This document shows positions 26,134 to 33,558 of a stretch of 33,558 nucleotides of DNA, one piece after another (position 1 is the first letter of the stretch; each line of letters opens with the position of its first letter). The translations under genes were made by a program, and so were the position numbers. Below the pieces are notes generated by a model. That model was not told where the DNA came from. It was given only the letters and a program-made list of their open reading frames with translations, and ran no database searches. Origin of the DNA: an uncultured Candidatus Saccharibacteria bacterium (GTDB lineage Bacteria > Patescibacteriota > Minisyncoccia > Phycocordibacterales > Phycocordibacteraceae); assembly GCA_964507275.1 (NCBI GenBank), contig CAZDPG010000001.1, positions 152,503 through 186,060 of the forward strand, given 5' to 3'.

Positions 26134-26700
26134 TCAAGTCGTAGGGGAGTCAGTCCGAGACTGAAGTGTGCGGACCGTCCAGATGCCTATGAAGAGCCAT
26201 ATGCCGCCGAGGGCGAAGCCCGCGATGACGTCGCTCGGGAAATGAACGCCGAGATACAGTCTGCTGAATCCTATGCTGAGAATGATGAGTGCCGTAACGA
26301 CGACTATCTTCCTCGTATGTTCTCTATAATGGCGAGCGAGGAAGAAGGCGATAAAGCCGTAGAAAGCCATAGCGGCGACAGCGTGCCCGCTCGGGAATGA
26401 GTAGGTGGTCTCGATAATCGAGGGGATGAGTCCGTCTGGTCGAGCGCGTGCGATAAGCGTCTTCAGAGCATACCCACAAGAGAGCGCTCCGAGGAGGGTA
26501 ACGATGAACCCAATGAGATATGCACGGAGCGGCTTGTCGGATAGAGCGAGATACGCTCCCACGATGAGGGCCATACCGAGGACGGTCGTCGTGTTACCGA
26601 AAAAGGTAATCACGTCGAACGTTTGTAGAAGCGCAGGCGTGCGGATGGCAAGCATCAAGTTTTCAAACCATACGTCGATGGCGATGATGGAGCTGATCAT
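26134..26700 (-). CDS. PAP2 family phosphatase (undecaprenyl-diphosphatase-like)
   Basis: K......RP, SFPSGH and SRLYLGVHFPSDV. Confidence 0.93.
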   Translation of the reverse strand: MISSIIAIDVWFENLMLAIRTPALLQTFDVITFFGNTTTVLGMALIVGAYLALSDKPLRAYLIGFIVTLLGALSCGYALKTLIARARPDGLIPSIIETTYSFPSGHAVAAMAFYGFIAFFLARHYREHTRKIVVVTALIILSIGFSRLYLGVHFPSDVIAGFALGGIWLFIGIWTVRTLQSRTDSPTT

Positions 26701-26774
26701 ATGAAGAGAGTATACGCTACGCCGGAAAAGAAAAAGCCCTGCCGAAACAGGGCCTGAGGGGGCGAAGGTGATAT

Positions 26775-27458
26775 CTATTCAAGCGCCCACATCTCGCCAG
26801 GAACATCGCCGTACTGAACGAGTAGGGCGATAGGGAGTCGCGCCGCCATGGAGATCCAGCAGCCGTTCGTGCCGCCCGTCATGTGGACGAGGACGCTGCC
26901 ATTGGTTCCTGAGCGGGGATGCGAGAGCACGCGGTCGCCCGTTGCGAGCAGGTCGCCTGGCTCGAGGGCCTGTGGTTGGGCGACGTGTTCGGTGCGAAGG
27001 CGATTGCTGCCACTTCCATGACGCTCGATGTGCTCGGCATATCCGTACGGCGCCATTTCGTAGCACGGCCATCCCGGAGGGGCGTCTGCACGGCGGGCGA
27101 GGATAATGCCGACGTTGCCGCTTGAATCGGTTTGCCAGTAACCACTGGCGATTCCGGCCCTGATTTCCCTTTTCCGCAGCGAGTCGACAAGACTGGCGAT
27201 GGTGATCCTCGTCGTCTTCGTTGCGGCGCGTGTCGGATCGTAGTCCTCCGGCACGGTGAAATCACTGATTTCGACCTCCAGAGTCGACTTCGCTCCATCA
27301 TCGGTTTCGAGAAGAAGGAACAGCATTGCTCCTTTGATGCTCGACCTGACGATTTTGACCATCGCCGGCGGCGAGCATCCTGCTGTGGGCGGACGCTCCA
27401 CGCACCAGTCTCCCTGATCGAGCAGGCTTCCGAGTACTTGCAAGTCCTTGTAGGGCAT
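26775..27458 (-). CDS. Hypothetical protein
   Basis: AAGGAG SD, 227 aa with GC3 bias and a terminator-like hairpin downstream. Confidence 0.65.
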   Translation of the reverse strand: MPYKDLQVLGSLLDQGDWCVERPPTAGCSPPAMVKIVRSSIKGAMLFLLLETDDGAKSTLEVEISDFTVPEDYDPTRAATKTTRITIASLVDSLRKREIRAGIASGYWQTDSSGNVGIILARRADAPPGWPCYEMAPYGYAEHIERHGSGSNRLRTEHVAQPQALEPGDLLATGDRVLSHPRSGTNGSVLVHMTGGTNGCWISMAARLPIALLVQYGDVPGEMWALE

Positions 27459-27634
27459 GACGACGTCTCCTTTTCCTAGGTAAGTTGTACTGAAAGTCGA
27501 GCTGGCTTTGCTATATCAGCCGGCTACTCCATAGCAAGCTATATCGTCTAGCGAGGGGAATGTCAACGCGTCTGTATATCAGGAAACAGAAAGCGCCTCG
27601 CTTGTGGCAAGGCGCTTTCTGCTCGAAGATCTAG

Positions 27635-27844
27635 TTAGATCTTGCTGACGTTGACCGCGTTCGGGCCTTTCGGGCTGTCCCCGACCTCGAACGAAACCTT
27701 GTCTCCCTCCTGGAGCTCGTCGAACGAAATGTTCCGGAGCTCGTTGGAATGGAAGAAGAGGTCCTTAGAACCGGCAGGTTCTCCGTCGACTTTGATGAAG
27801 CCGAAGCCCTTTTCGTTCTTCTTGATTACTGTTCCTTCTTTCAT
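27635..27844 (-). CDS. csp: Cold-shock domain protein
   Basis: KGFGFI, DLFFH and KGPNA.NV motifs; terminator at 27587-27621. Confidence 0.95.
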   Translation of the reverse strand: MKEGTVIKKNEKGFGFIKVDGEPAGSKDLFFHSNELRNISFDELQEGDKVSFEVGDSPKGPNAVNVSKI

Positions 27845-27942
27845 GCTAGTGATAGATAGTGTGTGACTAATGGTATCAAATCAGAAGCCGAAGATAGAAG
27901 CTCGATCCCACTTCTCTGGATCCAGCACTGGTTGATGCGGTA

Positions 27943-27971
27943 AAACTACCATACCTCCAGCAATTAGTCAA
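27943..27971 (-). promoter_or_regulatory. csp promoter giving a 5' UTR of about 90 nt
   Basis: Minus strand TTGACT-17 nt-TAGTTT with TGn extension. Confidence 0.55.
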
Positions 27972-27985
27972 AGGGGCGGATCTTG

Positions 27986-28213
27986 TTAGGAGTCTTTGCG
28001 AGAGCGAAGCCAATCCATCACCTTCCTGCGGTGCTGATCGAGCGACCACTCATTCCCATGAAATAGTCCGGCATGTGCGCTCTTGAATTCTTTGAGGAGA
28101 GGCACAGAGGCGCGAGGGAAGGCGAGCGGGAGGTTCTCGTTGTAGGACGCCAAGAAATCAGCGAGAGGGCGCTTCTTCTCACTGCGCTCGCGATCAAGAT
28201 CAGGCATTCTCAT
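27986..28213 (-). CDS. Small hypothetical protein
   Basis: Plausible 75-aa globular sequence with TATTAT 8 nt upstream of ATG 28213. Confidence 0.7.
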   Translation of the reverse strand: MRMPDLDRERSEKKRPLADFLASYNENLPLAFPRASVPLLKEFKSAHAGLFHGNEWSLDQHRRKVMDWLRSRKDS

Positions 28214-28325
28214 TGCTTTTGATAATACCACAAACATTTAAATATGTCATCCCTCCGCGTTGGGGTGGGTATATTTGTGTAATCGGGGCGTTTCAAATTG
28301 GCGGTAAGGCTATATACTAGTAAGC

Positions 28326-29366
28326 ATGCACACGAACATCTTGCAGTCGTATTTCCTCGCGGCGCTCATTGCGATTACAGCAGGATTGAGCTTCTTTGTC
28401 TTCCGACCCTTTCTCGTCGTCCTTGTGCTTGCGATGATATTCGCGGTGGTGCTCCAGCCGCTCTATCGGAGTATCACTCGTCGTAGCAAAGATCGTTTCC
28501 CAGGATTCGCTGCTTTCGCGACGATATTTATCACGGCGGTGTGCATCCTCATGCCGCTCTCGTTCATCGCTGTGCACATAGCGGATGACGCGGAACGGTT
28601 GTACGGCTCTCTTGTCGACGGCAGCGCCGGCACCTATCTCGATACGCTGTTCGTCTATGTGGACGAAGCCACGGCAGAATACGCACCCGGTCTCTCGGTC
28701 TCGGCGATAGAGCTCTCGGCGTCCATCGACCAGTACATGAAGAACGGTCTCGTGTGGCTGGCGCAGAATCTCGGCGGCGTGTTTAGCAGTGCGGCGCAGT
28801 TCCTCCTCTACCTCTTCATATTCCTGATTGCGCTCTACTACTTACTCCGCGATGGTGCGAAGCTCCGAAAGGCGTTCATTGCCATCAGCCCGCTCACTCA
28901 GAGGGACGATGACGTCGTGCTCAATCGGCTCGAGCGCGCTATCAACTCAATCATCCGAGGGAGTCTCACGGTCGCGCTCGTACAGGGAGTGCTTACGAGC
29001 ATAGGGTTCACGTTCTTCGGCGTTCCGCATCCAGTCTTGTGGGGAGTGGCGGCAGCGCTATCGGCGCTCATTCCGGGCATCGGTACGGCGCTTGTCCTCA
29101 TCCCAGGTGTCGCATATCTCTTCATCATCGGTACGGCGTCATCGGCGGCAGGACTTCTTCTCTGGAGCGTCCTCGCTGTCGGTCTGGTCGATAACTTCCT
29201 CGGCCCTCGGTTAGTGGGGAAGGGTATGGAACTGCATCCGCTTCTCGTGTTGCTCGCTGTGTTCGGAGGACTCGCGTTCTTCGGTCCATCGGGGATATTC
29301 CTCGGCCCGCTCTCCATCAGTCTCCTCTTCGCGCTCTTCTCGATTTATCCGAGCACCTCGAAGTAG
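28326..29366 (+). CDS. AI-2E (PerM/UPF0118) family transporter
   Basis: YYLLRDG, QG.L...F...GVP, IP.IG and DNFL.P...HP...GG...FG..G.FLGP. Confidence 0.93.
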   Translation: MHTNILQSYFLAALIAITAGLSFFVFRPFLVVLVLAMIFAVVLQPLYRSITRRSKDRFPGFAAFATIFITAVCILMPLSFIAVHIADDAERLYGSLVDGSAGTYLDTLFVYVDEATAEYAPGLSVSAIELSASIDQYMKNGLVWLAQNLGGVFSSAAQFLLYLFIFLIALYYLLRDGAKLRKAFIAISPLTQRDDDVVLNRLERAINSIIRGSLTVALVQGVLTSIGFTFFGVPHPVLWGVAAALSALIPGIGTALVLIPGVAYLFIIGTASSAAGLLLWSVLAVGLVDNFLGPRLVGKGMELHPLLVLLAVFGGLAFFGPSGIFLGPLSISLLFALFSIYPSTSK

Positions 29367-29443
29367 TCTTCAGCGGTACACCGATCGTCTCGTAAAAATA
29401 AGAGCCATCTTTGCAGATGGCTCTCAGTGTATCGGGGGACAGT

Positions 29444-29959
29444 TCATTCCGTTTGCAGTACCGGCGGCATGTCCGGCGGGTCGAAAAGCAACGGCAGAAC
29501 TTCATCGGCAGATGGATCCCCGTAATCGATGAGTCGGAAGTCACTTCCGAAACGGCAGGTGTTGGGATGAATGAAGATATCCGATTCCTGCAGATGGAAG
29601 GGAAGCGAACGCCGGCCGCTCCAGGGTTCGGAGGACTCTCCGATCGGCTCTCCTCGAGCCATGACAATCACGAATCCCCAGAGGTAGGAGCGCAGCACCG
29701 GCGCGATGGGATACTCCGGATGTTCTCGGGAAATCCGCATCTCGCGCCGATTCGCACTGATACCGGCGACGGTTACGATTCGCAGAGTGAGTCGAATGAG
29801 GTTGCCGTTGTGTTTCTGTAGTTTCCCCCGCAGATCGCCCCGCAGGAAATGACGGAAGAGAATCACGAATGGGGCAAACGGCCGTAGCGGCAGCGCGATC
29901 TTGATTGCCAGGGCTTCCGTGAGTATGACTATGCGGGTGCATCCTTGAGTGATGTACAT
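29444..29959 (-). CDS. Hypothetical protein, possible minimal kinase-like fold
   Basis: G.TR.V, IKIA, N..E, APV, VM.R, D....N and LIDYG in kinase motif order. GGAGG SD. Confidence 0.55.
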   Translation of the reverse strand: MYITQGCTRIVILTEALAIKIALPLRPFAPFVILFRHFLRGDLRGKLQKHNGNLIRLTLRIVTVAGISANRREMRISREHPEYPIAPVLRSYLWGFVIVMARGEPIGESSEPWSGRRSLPFHLQESDIFIHPNTCRFGSDFRLIDYGDPSADEVLPLLFDPPDMPPVLQTE

Positions 29960-30123
29960 CTGGCTGTCCCTCCAAGATAGGTTTCAGAGAAATGAGCAGT
30001 AACTCAACCCGACTTTCTATATCACGATATACAGCTCCTGTCGACTTCGTTCCTGCACTCTACTTTGCAGTAGGGGGAGTTTAGGCTAGAATGCCCTGGT
30101 GTCCCTTCGGGGGCACAAAACAT

Positions 30124-30430
30124 TCCGCGGTAGCTCAGTGGTAGAGCGGCTCGCTGTCGAAGGCAGCTTCTCGTCGTAAGGCGAGTTGAAAAACGAGGTG
30201 AATTCGGGGAAACCCTACCGGCTTCGACCGGGGGCAATCCCGAGCCAAGCTTCAAGAGTAATCTTGTTGAAGGTGTAGAGACTATCCCGCAAGGGAGTAG
30301 GCCGAAAGGTCGAAGCGCCTCGCACCCTCGATCTGCGAAAGCAGATACGGGTGATGATATAGTCCATTCCACTGGTAACAGTGGGCAAAATGTAACGAGT
30401 TGGTCGTAGGTTCGAATCCTACCCGCGGAG
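30124..30430 (+). tRNA. trnN: tRNA-Asn(GTT), intron-containing (exons 30124-30157 and 30393-30430)
   Basis: Acceptor TCCGCGG/CCGCGGA, D arm GCTC..GAGC, T arm GTAGG-TTCGAAT-CCTAC. The spliced anticodon arm is GCTCG-CTGTTAA-CGAGT. Discriminator G; no encoded CCA. Confidence 0.93.
30158..30392 (+). ncRNA. Group I intron (235 nt, no ORF) in tRNA-Asn anticodon
   Basis: P1 GCTGT/GCAGC with a U.G pair at the 5' splice site. P AATTCGGGGAAAC, Q AATCCCGAGCCAAG, R GTAGAGACTA, S GATATAGTCC. P3 CGAGGTG/CGCCTCG, P9 CCACTG-GTAA-CAGTGG, terminal G. Confidence 0.93.
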
Positions 30431-31993
30431 CAAAGGTTGTAAATCAGGGTTCAAAGGACTCTTTTGTCCCTCAGTTGAGCCATTCTCTAGCAGTTCGAAA
30501 ATAGTAATAGGAGACTTGATGGAATTAACCGCTTTCGAACGGTTAGTTTCGAGTACCGCAGAGGCAAGAACCTCAAAAGGTTTGGTGTATGTAAATTTGA
30601 TAACTCCGTTCTCAATCAACATGCTCTCGAAAACAAGACTGATGAGTTTCCGCTTCTCTTCCAAAGTTGCTTTTTGATAGAGCTTCCGCGCTTTCTGAGA
30701 TAGGTCAAAGATGTTAATGCACAAATCTTTTTGCTTATCTCCCGTTTCGTTGTACCTTTTTATCTCGGCTTCTAGACTGTCCCTCTCATCTCTAAATTGA
30801 GCTGACTTTGAGTCGTAAAGTGCCGTATCTATCCGATTATCGAGCCTGTCCTCGTATATCCTATCTATCCGCTGTCGAACGCGCTGTAGCTGATTCTGGA
30901 GCGATTTAAGGGCATTGAGGCGGTATTCTACCTCGCTTTTATGAGACTCCTGGAGAGCCTGTTTTATCCAACCTGCAAGACGTTCGTTCTTTATCTGTAG
31001 TGTCTCGAAGATCTCACTAACCTGGCTTTCCAACTCTGCCTCTTTGTAAAATGTCTTCTTACTACAGTTGCGGTATCTATTACAGTGCCCATAAACAGTT
31101 CCTTTTTGAATTTCCCAAGTAACAGTCCCTCCACACTCAGCGCACCTTATCAAACCCTTAAAGAGGTAGGAATGAGTGCTATAGGTTGGAGTAGTTCTAC
31201 TAGAGGATAGTTTCTGTACCCTATCGAACAAGTCTTTAGAAATTAGAGCTTGATGTTGGCCATCGTATACTTTTCCTTTCCAACGAAGCTTGCCGTAATA
31301 AAATGGGTCTGTGAGTAAATCGTGTGTTCTGCTCTTCACTACCTTTGAATTGTTTCTAGAGCGAAAACCCTCTTCATACATCTCATCAGATAGTTTCTTT
31401 ATCGAATACAGTCCTGACGAATATTTCTCAAACATCTTAGTAATAAATGGAGCAACATCGTCATTTATGACATGGATTTTCTTGCCCTTATCTCCAACGG
31501 TCTTGTATCCGAGTGGTGGTTTTGTTGGAAGCCATCCTTGAGAAATCTTTTCTTTTTGCCCCTTGCGCACTTCTTCGGAGAGATTGTTAGTATAGAAGCG
31601 AGCAATGGCCACTTTCATATCCCATACGAGATTCTCATGTGCTCTAGTGTTTTTACTTAAGATAAAGTTTTCTTTTACGAAATGAATCTGTCTTGAGTCA
31701 TCTTCTTGGATCCATTCATCGATAATGGAGGCGTCCTTTGGATTCCTAGTGAGTCGGTCAATCTTCTCGCAAAGAATCACACCGACCTTATTTTTGGTAG
31801 CAAAAGCAAGCATTTCATAAAAGGTCTTTCGTACCTGTTTGCCACTAGCCGACTCGCTGTTTTTAAATATCTTAACCAACTCGAACTCTTTGTTTTTTGC
31901 GTACTCTTCAGCGAGCTTAATTTGTGAATCAAGCGAGTACCCAGTTTCCTCCTGTTCGCGAGAGGACACACGTGCGTATATAACTGCTTTCAT
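30419..31993 (-). CDS. Large serine recombinase (integrase)
   Basis: YARVSS catalytic Ser, DRLTR, recombinase domain, C..C...C....C zinc ribbon and coiled coil. Confidence 0.95.
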   Translation of the reverse strand: MKAVIYARVSSREQEETGYSLDSQIKLAEEYAKNKEFELVKIFKNSESASGKQVRKTFYEMLAFATKNKVGVILCEKIDRLTRNPKDASIIDEWIQEDDSRQIHFVKENFILSKNTRAHENLVWDMKVAIARFYTNNLSEEVRKGQKEKISQGWLPTKPPLGYKTVGDKGKKIHVINDDVAPFITKMFEKYSSGLYSIKKLSDEMYEEGFRSRNNSKVVKSRTHDLLTDPFYYGKLRWKGKVYDGQHQALISKDLFDRVQKLSSSRTTPTYSTHSYLFKGLIRCAECGGTVTWEIQKGTVYGHCNRYRNCSKKTFYKEAELESQVSEIFETLQIKNERLAGWIKQALQESHKSEVEYRLNALKSLQNQLQRVRQRIDRIYEDRLDNRIDTALYDSKSAQFRDERDSLEAEIKRYNETGDKQKDLCINIFDLSQKARKLYQKATLEEKRKLISLVFESMLIENGVIKFTYTKPFEVLASAVLETNRSKAVNSIKSPITIFELLENGSTEGQKSPLNPDLQPLLRG

Positions 31994-32162
31994 GTCTTAT
32001 AGTATAACTCCAAAAGCCAAGGCTTGAGTAGGAAATACCCTGCCTTAACAGAAGTAAAATTTAGTAATAAAGCGACAACTTTGTTGGCGCCTCCGTTAGG
32101 AGAAGTGTATTTAATTTGTTGTTTTATATGTTGTATATATCTGGTATAGGTTGGCCAAAACA

Positions 32163-32516
32163 CTACCATGGATGGTCTATTCCGACCTCTGGTTGGCTGT
32201 TTCCAGCGTAAAGAAACGTCATTCTTGGTGAAGGTGTATACCAACTGGTCTTGTCATATCCCTTGCGGTTAAAGCATCCCTTCCTAAGATATTCATACCG
32301 AACTAGCCTATCAAGGATTCGACGTACTTGAGATTCACTCCAAAAACCAAAAAATTCCGTCAGTTCTCTCCGAGAAAAATACGTCCAATACGCTCCCTCA
32401 TGTAAATGTCGTTGGCTATTATTCTTCTTGTTTTGAGAGCACCAAAAGCAAATATGATTAAGCATGATTGCCTCGTCAATTCCGATTTTCTTAGCAACCT
32501 CCGCGTCAAACGTCAT
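32163..32516 (-). CDS. Phage replication-protein-like N-terminal winged-helix protein (short)
   Basis: FD.EVA..IG..EAI.L..I.FW...YWTY.S..E...F.FWS...RR.L..L...FN...D.T.WY. GGGAGG precedes ATG 32516. Confidence 0.75.
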   Translation of the reverse strand: MTFDAEVAKKIGIDEAIMLNHICFWCSQNKKNNSQRHLHEGAYWTYFSRRELTEFFGFWSESQVRRILDRLVRYEYLRKGCFNRKGYDKTSWYTPSPRMTFLYAGNSQPEVGIDHPW

Positions 32517-32544
32517 GCTGACCGATCCTCCCTTTGAAATATTC

Positions 32545-32712
32545 TTAGTCAATTTGGATAATATTCTCTTTGGAATTTATTCTCTCCAAGAGAGTGAAGT
32601 AGTCTATGATAATTCGACCTGCTTTTTCGCACTCATCCGCATTAAAACCGCCATTTCTAAACTCTTCTTGAAAAATCTGTCGCAGTTCTTCTACATTAAA
32701 TTGTATTGTCAT
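32545..32712 (-). CDS. Small helical protein (55 aa; not in ORF track)
   Basis: Hand translation MTIQFNVEELRQIFQEEFRNGGFNADECEKAGRIIIDYFTLLERINSKENIIQID, co-oriented with the integrase. Confidence 0.6.
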   Translation of the reverse strand: MTIQFNVEELRQIFQEEFRNGGFNADECEKAGRIIIDYFTLLERINSKENIIQID

Positions 32713-32856
32713 CACTATTAAAATTAATTCTTAAAAACTTATTATAAAAAATCTTATTTCCCTAAATAAAACTCCTGATTAAATCTCTCCGTGCCAAACC
32801 CCATTTCTATATTTCTATTTCGTCCTGAAGCACTTTCGTCTCAAAATGTGCACTCC

Positions 32857-33069
32857 TCAGGGCATATTCGAGAGTTCGTGCAATTGTTTAACTAGACTGT
32901 TTGCGTCAGAACGTTGATAGTCCTCTTTATCAATCAATCTATCAAACCAATATCGAATACTGCGACGATCGAATCCCTGATTCTTAACCGCCTCTGCAAA
33001 GCATATATAAGTACTGTGGTTTGGGTATTTTTGTATTTTTGTTTTAAATCTTCTTTCAATTGACCTCAT
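32857..33069 (-). CDS. Small hypothetical protein
   Basis: 70-aa ORF with ATG start, co-oriented with the element's other genes. Confidence 0.7.
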   Translation of the reverse strand: MRSIERRFKTKIQKYPNHSTYICFAEAVKNQGFDRRSIRYWFDRLIDKEDYQRSDANSLVKQLHELSNMP

Positions 33070-33558
33070 AGTTTTCTTTTATTAAATGCGAAATTAATTC
33101 CATCATGCTTACTCCTGATTCGGCTGATTTTATTTTCAATATTTGATGGGCATGAGTTGAGATGCGCACCTGTTTACTATTCATATGTAAATTTGTTGAC
33201 GTATAACCCTCCCAGGTAGAGAACCTCCCCCTCTTCCACCGCTCCCCCTCCTGAATAGTTGTCCCAGCCCCAGCAAGAATCTTGTCTTACACAGAGGGTG
33301 TTGGTCGTAGTATTTCTCTACACTATCTCTCTATAAGAACTATAGAGATTATTCAGTATGGGTGCCGCGTACGTTGAGGCCAGATATCCTTGCTGTGCTT
33401 TTTAGAGTCTGCACCGCACCACATCTGGTATGGCTACCAAGACTTCTTAATTAATCAAAGTGATTTACCAAATTCGAGACCTCTTTTCATAAAATCCGCA
33501 CTGTGAGCACTCGTAAAAAATGGAAATCGAAACTGATTACAATAAATATACCATATTT

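Larger units (their letters stand above)
30419..33558. mobile_element. Integrative element or prophage-like island inserted at the tRNA-Asn 3' end (other end outside window)
   Basis: Abrupt drop in GC right after the tRNA, an integrase abutting the tRNA and a phage-like replication wHTH gene. Confidence 0.8.

Noticed and set aside
30022-30372. 116-aa minus-strand ORF over the intron (possible homing endonuclease)
   Set aside because: Antisense to the tRNA and intron, with no LAGLIDADG, HNH or GIY-YIG motif. The intron is fully accounted for by RNA structure.
33080-33558. Possible replication origin or further gene in the AT-rich end
   Set aside because: No clear iterons seen. A short open minus-strand frame at the edge cannot be judged without more sequence.

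Overview
Bacterial chromosome segment. Gene content and style (many small secreted/membrane ORFans, the CTMEAKLCPDG motif, a 3D-domain protein, a SET protein, apparently leaderless genes) suggest a Patescibacteria/CPR (Parcubacteria-like) genome; this is inference. A GC-rich backbone carries TspO, TfoX, RhuM-Fic, a PIF1-like helicase, two GH130 genes plus a HAD-IIB phosphomannomutase-like gene, a panD variant, a cysteine-synthase-like enzyme, VIT1, PAP2, a cold-shock protein and an AI-2E transporter. Two visibly AT-richer blocks interrupt it. (1) About 1.7-6.5 kb is a defence-like island: a MazG-like pyrophosphatase, a DUF2075 nuclease-helicase fused to an intact LexA/UmuD-type S24 autoprotease, and a tightly coupled operon of five tiny paralogous HTH proteins (one missing from the ORF track) ending in a TIGR02391/Ymh-like HEPN protein. 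That operon is the best candidate for an undescribed system. (2) From about 30.4 kb to the end is an integrative element whose large serine recombinase gene ends inside the 3' end of a tRNA-Asn(GTT). That tRNA is split within the anticodon (35/36) by a 235-nt group I intron. All calls come from reading motifs by eye; no searches were run.
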